This document shows positions 49,587 to 60,219 of a stretch of DNA of 64,000 bases, piece by piece. The notes beneath the pieces were generated by a model. That model saw only the letters and a list, made by a program, of their open reading frames with translations. It was not told the DNA's origin and made no database searches. The position numbers and the translations under genes are program-made. Where the stretch lies: NCBI GenBank assembly GCA_964544235.1, contig CAZIZY010000007.1, positions 3,043 through 67,042 of the forward strand. The letters run 5' to 3'. The stretch is from an uncultured Nitrosopumilales archaeon (GTDB lineage: Archaea; Thermoproteota; Nitrososphaeria; Nitrososphaerales; CAZIZY01). The stretch's first letter is position 1; the number at the start of each line of letters is the position of its first letter.

Positions 49587-52500
49587 ATGGTGAATAACGT
49601 TTTGGATAAATCTGGAAATATTGAATTAACTGATAATTTTGATGAACTCTTATTAAATCGGGTTCAGCTTGAAGGGGTTAAAGGATTAAAGATTCCTAGA
49701 TTATTCACTAAAACTGGTGAAAATGTATTTGATAATTTTGATTGGCAAAATAACTCAAGTATTCTCAGGGATTCAACTGGCCTAACAGTATTTGAGATGG
49801 ATGATGTTGAAGTTCCCAAGTTTTGGAGTCAAGTTGCTATTGATGTTCTTGCACAAAAGTATTTTAGAAAACAAGGTGTTCCTCAATACGATAAAAATGG
49901 AGTACAATTGTTTAATGATAATGGGGCTCCTATTCTCGGATCTGAAAAGTCACTTAAACAAGTTGTTCATAGGTTAGCTGGTTGTTGGACTTTTTGGGGT
50001 AAAAAATATGGTTATTTTGCATCTGAGGAAGACTCTCAATCATTTTACGATGAATTAAGCTATATGCTTATCTCTCAGATGGCTGCACCTAATTCTCCTC
50101 AGTGGTTTAACACAGGATTAAATTATGTTTATGGAATTACTGGACCTAGTCAAGGGCATTATTATTATGATCCTGATTCAAAACAGGTAGTTAAATCACA
50201 AGATGAATATTCCCATCCTCAATCCCATGCTTGTTTTATTCAACCGATCCGTGATGATTTAGTGAATGAAGGAGGAATAATGGATTTATGGGTAAGAGAA
50301 GCTAGAATATTTAAATTAGGATCAGGTACTGGAACTAATTTCTCTTCTTTAAGGGGTAAAGGAGAATCTCTTTCTGGTGGAGGAAAATCATCAGGAGTAA
50401 TGTCATTCTTACGAATTGGAGACACAGTTGGAGGAAGTATCAAATCTGGTGGAACTACTAGAAGAGCCGCTAAAATGGTAGTCTTAAACGTAGATCATCC
50501 TGAAATTGAAGATTTTATTAGTTGGAAAATGAACGAAGAACTCAAAGTTGCAGCTTTAGTTAATTCTGGGTATTCTTCCGACTTTGAAGGTGAAGCTTAT
50601 CAAACTGTTTCTGGACAAAACTCTAATAATTCTGTACGAATGACTGACGGATTTATGAGGGCTGTATTAGATGATCGTGATTGGGATCTAACTGCAAGAA
50701 CTGATGGACATGTTATGAAGTCAGTTAAAGCTAGGGATTTATGGGATAAAATATCAAATGCAGCGTGGTATTGTGCTGATCCTGGATTGCAATTTGATAC
50801 TACTTGTAATGATTGGAATACATGTCCTGAAACAGATCGAATTAATGCTACTAATCCTTGTTCTGAGTATAATTTCATAGATAATACTGCATGTAATTTG
50901 GCTTCACTTAATCTCAGTAAATTCTTTGATTCTGATAAATTATGTTTTGATATTCCTGCTTTCAAACATGCTATTCGATTATGGACTATTGTGTTAGAAA
51001 TCTCTGTATTAATGGCTCAATATCCTAGTCAAGAAATAGCTATCAATAGTTATAAAACTAGAACTCTAGGACTCGGTTTCACAAATCTTGGTTCAATTCT
51101 AATGGTTTCCGGACTTCCTTATGATTCTGATGAAGCTCGATCTGTTTGTTCTAGTGTTACCGCTATAATGACAGGTGAATCATATGCTACTTCTGCTGAA
51201 CTTGCTTGTTTATTTGGTCCTTTTGCTGAATCTAATAAAAATAGAGAACATATGTTGAAAGTTATTCGTAACCATAGAAGAGTAGTTTATGGGGTTAATA
51301 CCGATGAATTTGAAGATATTTCTGTTCCTCCTACTGTTCTAGATAATAAGATTTGTCCTCCTGATTTGCTAAAGGCTTCTAAAGACTCTTGGGATAGGGC
51401 TTTAACTCTAGGTGAACGATTTGGTTATAGAAATGCGCAGACTACATTAATTGCTCCAACTGGAACTATTAGTCTAGTAATGGATTGTGATACTACTGGA
51501 ATAGAACCTGATTTTGCTTTGGTGAAATTCAAAAAACTAGTCGGTGGTGGGTATTTTAAACTTGTTAATCAATCTATCAGCGTTTCTCTTAAGAACCTAG
51601 GTTATTCCAAAGATCACGTTAATGAAATAATTAGATATATTGCTGGAAGTAATTCTTTAAAGAAATCTCCTTACATTAATGAATCTGCATTAAAGAAAAA
51701 AGGCTTCATAAAAGATGATATACGTAAAGTTGAGAAGGCATTATCTTCTGTATTTGAAATTAAACATGCTTTTGTGAATTCTATTATAGGGCCTGATTGT
51801 TTGGAAAGATTAGGCATTAAAGAAGGACAATCTAGTAATCCTACTTTTAATTTACTCAAAGTACTTGGTTTTAGCGATATTGAAATTGAAGCTGCAAACG
51901 ATTATGTTTGTGGTTCAGGAACTATTGAAGGAGCGCCCCATCTAAAAGAGGAACATTATCCTATATTCGATTGTTCAACTAAATGCGGTAAAAATGGAAC
52001 ACGATTTATCAATTATATGGCGCATGTTGATATGATGGCTGCTTCACAACCATTACTTTCAGGTTCTATAAGTAAAACAATTAATATGCCTAATCATGCT
52101 ACTGTTGAAGAAGTTAAAACTGTATATATGGATAGTTGGAAAAAAGGCCTTAAAACTATTGCATTATATCGTGATGGCTGTAAATTATCTCAACCATTAT
52201 CCACTAAAGCATTTAATGAAGAAACTGAGAATTTAGTTCAAAAACCATCTAGAAGGAGGTTACCTGATGAAAGAAAGTCTATTACTCATAAATTTAGAAT
52301 AGGTACTCACGAGGGATATTTACATCTTGGATTATACGAAGACAATTCTCCCGGAGAATTATTCATTACTATGTCAAAACAAGGTAGTACTCTTGCTGGT
52401 TTAATGGATTCTTTTGCTACTTCTGTTTCAATTTCTCTTCAATATGGAGTTCCACTTAAAGTATTAGTAGATAAATTTGTTCATACTCGTTTTGAACCAT

Positions 52501-52925
52501 CTGGTTGGACAAATAATCCTCAAATCCGTGTAGCAAAATCTTTGATGGATTACATATTTAGATGGATTGCATTAAAATTCCTTCCTCAAGACGATTTAAC
52601 CCATTTAGGCTACAATGAAATTGTTGAATCAAATGGCGAGGTTCCTTCAAATGGTGATTCTGAATCAAATGGTGATATTACTTCAAATGGTAATCTTACT
52701 TCAAATGGTGATGTTGAGTCAAACGGTGATGTTGAAATAAATAGTAATGATATCTCTTTTGGACCTCTAACTTCTGATTCAGGTGTACTTAATGACTCTT
52801 CTACCAAAACAAAGTTTGATGTAATTTCTGATGCTCCTACTTGTACAGATTGTGGTTCATTAATGAGGCGAAGTGGATCTTGTTATTTGTGTTCTAGCTG
52901 TGGAAGCACTACAGGATGCTCTTAA
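49587..52925 (+). CDS. nrdJ: Adenosylcobalamin-dependent ribonucleotide reductase (class II, NrdJ)
   Basis: 1112 aa. NPCSEYNFIDNTACNLASLNL (thiyl Cys loop), GGTRRAAKMV, TTLIAPTGTIS, and a C-terminal redox/Zn tail CTDCGS..CYLCSSCGSTTGCS. Confidence 0.9.
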   Translation: MVNNVLDKSGNIELTDNFDELLLNRVQLEGVKGLKIPRLFTKTGENVFDNFDWQNNSSILRDSTGLTVFEMDDVEVPKFWSQVAIDVLAQKYFRKQGVPQYDKNGVQLFNDNGAPILGSEKSLKQVVHRLAGCWTFWGKKYGYFASEEDSQSFYDELSYMLISQMAAPNSPQWFNTGLNYVYGITGPSQGHYYYDPDSKQVVKSQDEYSHPQSHACFIQPIRDDLVNEGGIMDLWVREARIFKLGSGTGTNFSSLRGKGESLSGGGKSSGVMSFLRIGDTVGGSIKSGGTTRRAAKMVVLNVDHPEIEDFISWKMNEELKVAALVNSGYSSDFEGEAYQTVSGQNSNNSVRMTDGFMRAVLDDRDWDLTARTDGHVMKSVKARDLWDKISNAAWYCADPGLQFDTTCNDWNTCPETDRINATNPCSEYNFIDNTACNLASLNLSKFFDSDKLCFDIPAFKHAIRLWTIVLEISVLMAQYPSQEIAINSYKTRTLGLGFTNLGSILMVSGLPYDSDEARSVCSSVTAIMTGESYATSAELACLFGPFAESNKNREHMLKVIRNHRRVVYGVNTDEFEDISVPPTVLDNKICPPDLLKASKDSWDRALTLGERFGYRNAQTTLIAPTGTISLVMDCDTTGIEPDFALVKFKKLVGGGYFKLVNQSISVSLKNLGYSKDHVNEIIRYIAGSNSLKKSPYINESALKKKGFIKDDIRKVEKALSSVFEIKHAFVNSIIGPDCLERLGIKEGQSSNPTFNLLKVLGFSDIEIEAANDYVCGSGTIEGAPHLKEEHYPIFDCSTKCGKNGTRFINYMAHVDMMAASQPLLSGSISKTINMPNHATVEEVKTVYMDSWKKGLKTIALYRDGCKLSQPLSTKAFNEETENLVQKPSRRRLPDERKSITHKFRIGTHEGYLHLGLYEDNSPGELFITMSKQGSTLAGLMDSFATSVSISLQYGVPLKVLVDKFVHTRFEPSGWTNNPQIRVAKSLMDYIFRWIALKFLPQDDLTHLGYNEIVESNGEVPSNGDSESNGDITSNGNLTSNGDVESNGDVEINSNDISFGPLTSDSGVLNDSSTKTKFDVISDAPTCTDCGSLMRRSGSCYLCSSCGSTTGCS
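52629..52754 (+). repeat. About seven in-frame 18-bp tandem repeats (tca aat ggt gat nnn nnn), encoding (SNGDxx)n in the NrdJ C-terminal linker
   Basis: The protein reads ESNGEVPSNGDSESNGDITSNGNLTSNGDVESNGDVEINSND. The DNA units are nearly identical. Confidence 0.85.
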
Positions 52926-52933
52926 TAGATTCT

Positions 52934-53866
52934 TTATATTGTTTCTTCGTTTAACATTAATGATAATAGTGAAGCTCTAAGCTTTTTACCATTATGAGCT
53001 TGTTCGAAGTATTTTGCGTATTTAGTATTATCTATCTCTGATTTTATTTCACCGACTCTTGGAAGCGGATGCAAAATCATTAAACTATCTTTAGCGTTTT
53101 CTACAAGTTTATTGTCAATAATATAAGATCCTTTAACCTTTTCATATTCAGCTGGATCAGGAACACGTTCTTTTTGAATTCTAGTTACGTACATTACATC
53201 TAATTTATCTATAATGCTTTCCACGTCATCTATTTCTACCATTTTGATTTTGTTATCCAAATCATTGTGTATTTCATTTCTTATTTTTAATTGTGGTGGT
53301 GCTACTAAGAAAATATTCGGTGAATATTTTGCTAAACCATATAATAGTGAATAAACTGTTCTACCATATTTTAGATCTCCAACCAAAGCTATATTTAATC
53401 CATCAATTTCTTTCTTTTCAGCAATAATTGTGTAAAGATCGACCATTGCTTGTGTTGGATGTTCTTCACTTCCACTACCTCCATTTATTAAAGGTTTTTC
53501 AGCAATTTCTGCAGCAAAACGTGCTGCACCTTCAGTTGGGTGCCTTAAAATTATAGCGTCGCTGTAACCGTCAACTACTTTAATGGTGTCCGAAAGTGTT
53601 TCCCCTTTATCTATAGCTGTTCCTTTAGTATCTTGAAAACCAATTATGTTACCTCCTATGTGTAACATTGCAGTCTCAAAGCTTAATTTGGTTCTTGTAC
53701 TTCCTTCATAGAATAAATTTGCTAATACTTTTCCTCTACAAATTTTCGTTCTTTCTTCGAATTCTAATGATTCTATTTTGTTTACTGTAGAAAACAATAA
53801 ACTGAGATCACTTTTCGAAAAATCTTTTATTGATAAAATATCTTTTTGATAGAAAGGATTTGACAA
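52934..53866 (-). CDS. pyrB: Aspartate carbamoyltransferase, catalytic chain
   Basis: STRTKLSFETA, LRHP, HPTQ and ILHPLPR. Confidence 0.95.
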   Translation of the reverse strand: MSNPFYQKDILSIKDFSKSDLSLLFSTVNKIESLEFEERTKICRGKVLANLFYEGSTRTKLSFETAMLHIGGNIIGFQDTKGTAIDKGETLSDTIKVVDGYSDAIILRHPTEGAARFAAEIAEKPLINGGSGSEEHPTQAMVDLYTIIAEKKEIDGLNIALVGDLKYGRTVYSLLYGLAKYSPNIFLVAPPQLKIRNEIHNDLDNKIKMVEIDDVESIIDKLDVMYVTRIQKERVPDPAEYEKVKGSYIIDNKLVENAKDSLMILHPLPRVGEIKSEIDNTKYAKYFEQAHNGKKLRASLLSLMLNEETI

Positions 53867-53931
53867 ACTTTAGTTAAGTTTTTAGTGTAAACCTTATTAA
53901 ATTTGCCGTGTATTTTTGAAATTGTATAACA

Positions 53932-54393
53932 TTGTCAGATGAAAACCTTCTAGTTAGAAGAATTAAAAATGGAACAGTTTTAGATCATCTTACTCCAGGA
54001 ACATCTTTTAAAGTATTATCCGCGCTTAATATCTTTGATAATTATTTCAATGAACTTACTGTGGCTATGAATGTTCCTAGTACTCTGGGTAAAAAAGACA
54101 TAGTTAAAATTTCTAAAAAATTCTTAACTAAGGCTGAAACTGATCGAATTGCTCTTATTGCTCCCGAAGCGACAGTAAATTTAGTTAAAAATTTTGTTAT
54201 TACTGAAAAACGAAAGGTTGAATTGCCTGAATCGTTTATTGGTGTTTTTAAATGCCTTAATCCTACTTGTATCTCTAATTCTAATGAACCAATATTATCA
54301 TCACTTTTAGTTATTAAGAATAATCCTGTTGTAATTAGATGTAAATACTGTGATAGACTCTTTAAACCTGAAGAGTTAAGCACAGTTTCTTGA
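53932..54393 (+). CDS. pyrI: Aspartate carbamoyltransferase, regulatory chain
   Basis: VRRIKNGTVLDHL, and the C-terminal Zn domain CLNPTCISN...CKYCDR. TTG start. Confidence 0.9.
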   Translation: MSDENLLVRRIKNGTVLDHLTPGTSFKVLSALNIFDNYFNELTVAMNVPSTLGKKDIVKISKKFLTKAETDRIALIAPEATVNLVKNFVITEKRKVELPESFIGVFKCLNPTCISNSNEPILSSLLVIKNNPVVIRCKYCDRLFKPEELSTVS

Positions 54394-54406
54394 TTATCTT
54401 TTAAAT

Positions 54407-54721
54407 TTATAAATTCACTTCAATGTGAACGTCTTCAGGAATCATAACTTTCATTAATTGTTTCATTGTGCGATCATCAGCATCCATGTCAATGAGTCTT
54501 CTATGAACTCTCATTGCCCAACGATCAAATGTGTGTGTTCCTTGACCACATGGTGATTTTCTTGTAACTATTTTTAGATTCTTTTTTGGTAAAGGATGTG
54601 GTCCTTTTATTTTTACTCCTGTTTTTTCAGTTATGTTCTTTATTTCACCACAAACTCTTTCCAAGTTTTCCAAGTTCGCGCTTGTTAATTTTATTCTGGC
54701 AGATTGAGCTAATTTACACAC
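54407..54721 (-). CDS. rps10: Ribosomal protein uS10
   Basis: ARIKLTSANLENLERVCGEIKNI...KGPHPLPKK..THTFDRWAMRVHRRLIDM. Confidence 0.9.
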   Translation of the reverse strand: MCKLAQSARIKLTSANLENLERVCGEIKNITEKTGVKIKGPHPLPKKNLKIVTRKSPCGQGTHTFDRWAMRVHRRLIDMDADDRTMKQLMKVMIPEDVHIEVNL

Positions 54722-54901
54722 CTGTTTAAGTAAAGAATCTCAACCTTTTCGAAGTATATAGGTTTTCGTTAAAAACACCGTTTAAATTGTTATTCTTCTC
54801 ATTTTTATTCACTTAAAATAAGGTTTTTCTATAACTTTCTCAAAATTAAGTAATATTCCACCACTAACACTTTATAGAACTGTTAATACATTATATTATA
54901 A

Positions 54902-55156
54902 TTGAAAGCTGGTACTGTTTTACACCTAGCAAAAAGCGGCCGTTTAGTTCTTAGTGCATCTTCTCATTTGAAAGAAGGTGAAATTCTTGTAGATGATAAT
55001 GGTAAAAAAGTAGCTAAAAATATAGAAATATTTGGTCCAGTGTCTTCTCCTTACGCTGTTGCATCTGTAATCACTGATAGGCCAAAGCATTATGTCGGTT
55101 CTACTCTCTATAAATTGGGTGATCAAAATAATGACAAAAAAAGAAAAAATAAATGA
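54902..55156 (+). CDS. gar1: H/ACA RNP protein Gar1
   Basis: 84 aa. GRLVLSA..LKEGEILVDDNGKKVAKNIEIFGPVSSPYAV is the Gar1 beta-barrel pattern. TTG start, directly upstream of tfb. Confidence 0.8.
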   Translation: MKAGTVLHLAKSGRLVLSASSHLKEGEILVDDNGKKVAKNIEIFGPVSSPYAVASVITDRPKHYVGSTLYKLGDQNNDKKRKNK

Positions 55157-56078
55157 CTCTTCACTTAATCGTTGTCCGGCATGTTCAGGTTCTTTAATCG
55201 GTGATTTAGATCGAGGAGAGATAATATGTCCTGACTGTGGTTATGTTGCTGTTGATCAAACTGAAGATATTGGCCCTGAGTGGAAAGCTATTGATTTAGA
55301 GGATAAATCAAAACGTGTTCGAGTTGGTTCTCCTATGACTCTTACAATTCATGATTATGGGTTAAGTACAAAAATAGGTTCTGAAATGAAGGATTCGTCT
55401 GGTAATTCTGTTGATCCTCATATGCGTGCTTCATTAAATAGGATGAATAAATGGCAAAATCGAATTAGAACTTCAACTTCTAGTGAACGAACGCTCTCTA
55501 AAATGCTTTCAAGAATTACTGATCTTTGTGACTCACTTAATTTGCCTAGGAATGTGTCTGAAACTGCAGCTCAGATATATCGTAATGCTTCAAGAATGCA
55601 AGTTGCAAAAAGTAAATCTACAATAGGAATAGCTTCTGCTGTCGTTTATTTGGCTTGTAGAAAATGTCAAGTTCATCGTTCATTAAAAGAAGTTGCTACT
55701 GCTGCTGAAATTGATAAACGTTCCTTAGCTAAATACTATCGATTAGTATTAACCGAAGTAGAGGAAAGCTATGTTCCTATACCGTTAATTGAAAAACACA
55801 TATCCAAACTTGTTAATGTAGCTAAATTAGATGGTTGGTCTGAAAGAGTAGCTATACAATTAGCTACCAAAACATCTGATGCGAAAATATTAAGTGGAAA
55901 GTCTCCTGCAGGTCTTGCAGCTGCATATCTTTATATCTCTTATATGTTATTGGGTGAAAAATTACCTCAAAGGGAAATAGCTGAAATAGCTGATGCAACT
56001 GAAGTTACTGTTAGAAATCGTTGTAGAGAGATTTTAGATAATTTTGTAATTAAACAACGGTTGAATACCTCCGATTAA
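55131..56078 (+). CDS. tfb: Transcription initiation factor B (TFIIB homolog)
   Basis: Zn ribbon CPACSGS..ICPDCGYV, a B-finger/linker and two cyclin repeats. I prefer the ATG at 55131 (MTKKEKIND) to the ORF-track start at 55092. Confidence 0.9.
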   Translation: MTKKEKINDSSLNRCPACSGSLIGDLDRGEIICPDCGYVAVDQTEDIGPEWKAIDLEDKSKRVRVGSPMTLTIHDYGLSTKIGSEMKDSSGNSVDPHMRASLNRMNKWQNRIRTSTSSERTLSKMLSRITDLCDSLNLPRNVSETAAQIYRNASRMQVAKSKSTIGIASAVVYLACRKCQVHRSLKEVATAAEIDKRSLAKYYRLVLTEVEESYVPIPLIEKHISKLVNVAKLDGWSERVAIQLATKTSDAKILSGKSPAGLAAAYLYISYMLLGEKLPQREIAEIADATEVTVRNRCREILDNFVIKQRLNTSD

Positions 56079-56125
56079 TTGATAAGCCTTATAAATGCTT
56101 ATTCTTTGATTTCTTTTTGTAACTA

Positions 56126-56422
56126 ATGAAAACAATCGCTATAGGCAGTAAAACATTTGTTACGGGATTTCAATTAGCTGGAATTGAAGGAATAAATGTT
56201 GAAGATCATAATGACTTAATGAAAAATGTTAATTCATTTATTGATGATGGTGATGTAGGTTTAATTCTTGTTAGTGATGATGTTGCTTTAAATGCAAAGG
56301 ATGAATTAACTGAAATAAAAGCAAAAAGATCAATACCTATAATATTTGAAGTTCCAGCTCCTGGAAGTAAAATTGAACGTACTGAATATCGAGACATGCT
56401 TAAACAAATATTGGGGGTATAA
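56126..56422 (+). CDS. atpF: A-type (A1Ao) ATP synthase subunit F
   Basis: 98 aa. IAIGSKTFVTGFQLAGI, first gene of the F-E-A-B-D cluster. Confidence 0.8.
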   Translation: MKTIAIGSKTFVTGFQLAGIEGINVEDHNDLMKNVNSFIDDGDVGLILVSDDVALNAKDELTEIKAKRSIPIIFEVPAPGSKIERTEYRDMLKQILGV

Positions 56423-56424
56423 TT

Positions 56425-57030
56425 TTGTCATCTAAAACAGGTTCTCAAATTACAATATCTAAAGTTCTGGCTGAAGCTTCAAAAGAAATGATAAGTGAAT
56501 TAGATGATGCTTATTCTCAAGCTATGAAAACTTTAGAAGAATACGAATTAGATTCTATTTCTGATGCTGAAAAAATTGTTAAGGATAAAGATCGAGATGC
56601 TGAGATCTTTCATAGAAAAATAGTTGGAGATTCTTCAAATCAAGCTCGAAGTTCATACATGAAATTAATGGATGAATATGCTGATAAAGCGTTTACTACT
56701 GCACTAGATAAATTATCTTCTATGAAACATAGTGACTCTTTATTGAAATCCCTTATTAGTGAGTGTATTGATGCTCTTGAAGGGGCTCCTATGACTCTTT
56801 ATTGTAATAAATCTGATTTTGCTGCGATTAAAAAGATTTCAAGTGAACTCTCAAAAACTAAAAAATTAAAAATTAAGGTAAGTTCAAAACATATTACTAC
56901 TGCAGGAGGAATACGTGCTGTAGTCGAAGACGAATCTATTCGTTTTGATAATACTTTTGAATCTCGAATAGAAAGATTAAAGCCAGAGTTAAGACAAAGA
57001 ATCAGTATTCTATTCTCTAGGAGTAAATGA
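56425..57030 (+). CDS. atpE: A-type ATP synthase subunit E (peripheral stalk)
   Basis: 201 aa with an N-terminal long helix and a C-terminal globular domain. Called from its position between F and A. Confidence 0.7.
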   Translation: MSSKTGSQITISKVLAEASKEMISELDDAYSQAMKTLEEYELDSISDAEKIVKDKDRDAEIFHRKIVGDSSNQARSSYMKLMDEYADKAFTTALDKLSSMKHSDSLLKSLISECIDALEGAPMTLYCNKSDFAAIKKISSELSKTKKLKIKVSSKHITTAGGIRAVVEDESIRFDNTFESRIERLKPELRQRISILFSRSK

Positions 57031-58820
57031 AAAAAATGACAGTTAAAGGAAAAGTAGTTTGGGTCAGTGGTCCTGCTGTTAAAGCAGATGGCATGTCTGA
57101 TGCACAAATGTATGAGATGGTTGAAGTAGGAGAAGATCGTATGATTGGTGAAATTATCCGTGTAACCGGAGACGTTGCTTTTGTTCAAGTCTATGAATCT
57201 ACAGGAGGACTTCGTCCAGGAGAGACAGTATATGGTACTGATCAACCACTTTCAGTAACTTGTGGTCCTGGCATGATGGGTAAAATATATGATGGACTTC
57301 AAAGACCTTTAGGCGATATAGCAAAAAAAACTGGACCATTCATGACTCGTGGTTCTGCAGTTCAAGCAATTTCTTTTGAAAATAAATGGAAATTTACTCC
57401 TTCTGTAAAAAAAGGCGATGAACTAAAACCGGGAAGTATTTTAGGTTCTGTTCCTGAAAGTCCTTTAGTAGATCATAAAATACTTGTTCCACCAAATAAC
57501 CCTGGTGGCGTTGTATCTGAAATTGTTAAAGAAGGCAAATATGATATCGATCATTCAATTGTTGAAGTTAAACGAAATGGCTCTAAAGATTCATTAAAAA
57601 TGTATCATAAATGGCCTGTTCGAAGTCCACGTCCATTCAGGGATCGTCTTGATCCTGAACTTCCATTAACTACAGGTCAAAGGATACTTGATACTTTCTT
57701 TCCTTTAGCTAAAGGCGGTACTGGTGCTATTCCTGGAGGGTTTGGAACTGGTAAAACTGTAACTCTTCATCAAGTTGCTGCTTGGGCTGATGCTCAAGTG
57801 GTCGTTTATGTGGGTTGTGGTGAACGTGGTAATGAAATGACTGAAGTTCTAATAAAATTCCCTGAGTTAAAAGATCCTACTTCTGGTAGGCCTCTTATGG
57901 AGCGAACAATACTTGTAGGTAATGTAAGTAATATGCCTGTAGCCGCTAGAGAAGCTAGTATTTATACTGGAGTTACAATGGCTGAATACTATCGAGATAT
58001 GGGTTATGATGTGGTATTAGTAGCTGATTCTACTAGTAGGTGGGCCGAAGCTCTTAGAGAAATTAGTGGTAGACTTGAAGAAATGCCTGCTGAAGAAGGT
58101 TATCCTCCTTATCTTGCTTCTAGATTAGCTGAATTCTATGAACGAGCAGGAAGAATGAATGTTGTTGGTTCTCCAGATAGAACAGGATCCGTTAGTTTAA
58201 TTGGCGCAGTTTCTCCATCTGGTGCTGATTTCACTGAACCTGTAACAACTCAAACTACACGTTTCATTAAGACATTTTGGGCTTTAGATACGGCACTTGC
58301 ATATTCTAGACATTATCCTTCTGTTAATTGGATTAATAGCTATTCAGGTTACGTAGATCAAATTAGTAAGTGGTGGGCATCTAATGTAGATAAAGAATGG
58401 TCTCAAATTCGAGCTGATGCTTATGAATTGCTTCAACGTGAAGATTCTTTAAAAGAAATTGTTCGTCTTTTAGGTCCTGAAGCATTACCTGATGAAGAAA
58501 AACTAATTCTTGAAGTTGCGAGAATGATTAAAATAGGATTCTTACAACAAAGTGCTTTCGATGAAATCGATGCTTATTGTTCTCCACAAAAACAAGTTGA
58601 TTTACTTCGAATGTTTGTTGATTTCTATAATTCAGCTTTAGAAACATTAAGAAGTGGGGTTTCTTTAGATGATGTTAGAGCTATGCCTGTAATACCTGAT
58701 ATACTTAGAGCAAAGTTTACAGTTAAAGAAGAAGAACTTGGTGATATTGAAAAACTTAAATCAAGGTTTAGTAAAGACTTTCAAAGTCTTGTTGATGGTA
58801 AGGTGAAATCAGTTGCGTAA
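57027..58820 (+). CDS. atpA: A-type ATP synthase catalytic subunit A
   Basis: Walker [19 protein letters not shown], and the non-homologous insert typical of A/V-type A subunits. Confidence 0.95.
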   Translation: MKKMTVKGKVVWVSGPAVKADGMSDAQMYEMVEVGEDRMIGEIIRVTGDVAFVQVYESTGGLRPGETVYGTDQPLSVTCGPGMMGKIYDGLQRPLGDIAKKTGPFMTRGSAVQAISFENKWKFTPSVKKGDELKPGSILGSVPESPLVDHKILVPPNNPGGVVSEIVKEGKYDIDHSIVEVKRNGSKDSLKMYHKWPVRSPRPFRDRLDPELPLTTGQRILDTFFPLAKGGTGAIPGGFGTGKTVTLHQVAAWADAQVVVYVGCGERGNEMTEVLIKFPELKDPTSGRPLMERTILVGNVSNMPVAAREASIYTGVTMAEYYRDMGYDVVLVADSTSRWAEALREISGRLEEMPAEEGYPPYLASRLAEFYERAGRMNVVGSPDRTGSVSLIGAVSPSGADFTEPVTTQTTRFIKTFWALDTALAYSRHYPSVNWINSYSGYVDQISKWWASNVDKEWSQIRADAYELLQREDSLKEIVRLLGPEALPDEEKLILEVARMIKIGFLQQSAFDEIDAYCSPQKQVDLLRMFVDFYNSALETLRSGVSLDDVRAMPVIPDILRAKFTVKEEELGDIEKLKSRFSKDFQSLVDGKVKSVA

Positions 58821-60219
58821 AAAAGTTGCTAGTGGTGTAGAATACACTAAGATAGTTGAAATTAAAGGACCTCTTTTAGCTATTGACGGTGTTAATAATG
58901 TAGCATTTGATGAAATGGTTGAAATAGACACTGGTGATGGTTCTAAACGATTAGGAAAAGTATTAGAAGTTGGTGGCGGTAAAGCAATAGTTCAAGTATT
59001 TGAAGGAACTTCTAGTTTATCTGTATCGGGTACTACTGCTCGTTTTCTTGGAAAAACTATGGAAATTCCTGTTTCCAATGAATTACTTGGAAGAGTTTTT
59101 GACGGACTAGGAAGGCCTATTGATGGTTTACCTGAAACTTTAGGTGACGATTTTAGAGATGTTAATGGAGCTCCAATTAATCCTGAAAGAAGAGATTTCC
59201 CTGAAGATTTTATTCAAACGGGTGTTTCAGTTATTGATGGAATGCTAACCCTCGTAAGAGGCCAAAAATTACCTATATTCTCTGGAGCTGGAATGTCACA
59301 TGCAATGCTTGCTGCGCAGGTTGCCCGTCAAGCTACTGTTCTTGGTCAAGAAGATTTTGCGGTAGTTTTTGCTGCTATTGGCGTTCAGAATAATGAAGCA
59401 GCATTCTTTAGAAAAAGTTTAGAAGAAAGTGGAGCAATTAAGCGAAGTATTCTTTACTTAAATCTAGCTGACGATCCTGCAATTGAACGATTAATGACTC
59501 CTAAAGTAGCGTTAACTGCGGCTGAATATCTTGCTTTCGATTTAGGAATGCATGTTCTTGTTATACTTACTGATATCACTAATTATGCTGAAGCTTTAAG
59601 AGAAATTAGTGCTGCTCGAGAAGAAGTTCCTGGTAGAAAGGGATATCCTGGTTATCTATATACTGATCTTGCGACTATGTATGAGCGTGCTGGAAAAATT
59701 AAAGGACTAAAAGGCAGTATTACTCAAATGCCTATTCTTACTATGCCAAGTGATGATATTACTCATCCTATATCTGATTTAAGTGGATATATAACTGAAG
59801 GTCAAATAGTTATTGGTAGACCATTATTTAGAAAAGGAATATATCCTGCTGTAGGAGTTCTTATGAGTTTAAGCCGTTTAATGAAGGATGGAGTTGGTAA
59901 AGGAAAAACTCGTGACGATCACATGGAAGTTAGTAGTCAACTTTATGATGCTTATGCTAGGGCTCAAGAGTTACGTGCATTAGCTGAAATTGTAGGTAAG
60001 GGTAGTTTAACTGGAACTGATCTTAAATATTTTGAATATGGTGATGCTTTTGAGGAAAATTTCCTTCAACAAGAATATGATGAAAATCGAACATTAGATG
60101 AAACATTATCTTTAGCATGGAAAGCTCTTAGTATTCTACCTGAAGGTGAATTAACTAAAATTAAAGAATCATATGTTAAAGAGTACTATACTCCTTCAGA
60201 TAATGAGGAATCAACTTAA
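58813..60219 (+). CDS. atpB: A-type ATP synthase subunit B
   Basis: [34 protein letters not shown]. Confidence 0.95.
   Translation: MRKKVASGVEYTKIVEIKGPLLAIDGVNNVAFDEMVEIDTGDGSKRLGKVLEVGGGKAIVQVFEGTSSLSVSGTTARFLGKTMEIPVSNELLGRVFDGLGRPIDGLPETLGDDFRDVNGAPINPERRDFPEDFIQTGVSVIDGMLTLVRGQKLPIFSGAGMSHAMLAAQVARQATVLGQEDFAVVFAAIGVQNNEAAFFRKSLEESGAIKRSILYLNLADDPAIERLMTPKVALTAAEYLAFDLGMHVLVILTDITNYAEALREISAAREEVPGRKGYPGYLYTDLATMYERAGKIKGLKGSITQMPILTMPSDDITHPISDLSGYITEGQIVIGRPLFRKGIYPAVGVLMSLSRLMKDGVGKGKTRDDHMEVSSQLYDAYARAQELRALAEIVGKGSLTGTDLKYFEYGDAFEENFLQQEYDENRTLDETLSLAWKALSILPEGELTKIKESYVKEYYTPSDNEEST

Noticed and set aside
10296-52754. CRISPR array or other non-coding repeat array.
   Set aside because: The only tandem repeats found are 10296-10352, 17918-17971 and 52629-52754. 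All are short (9-18 bp), contiguous without spacers, and in frame within dnaG, the thermosome gene and nrdJ.
49587-52925. Intein in the 1112-aa NrdJ (and likewise in the 597-aa AtpA).
   Set aside because: There is no insertion interrupting the conserved catalytic blocks and no Cys/Ser...HN-Cys/Ser/Thr splice-junction signature. The extra length is explained by the SNGD repeat linker and the C-terminal tail.
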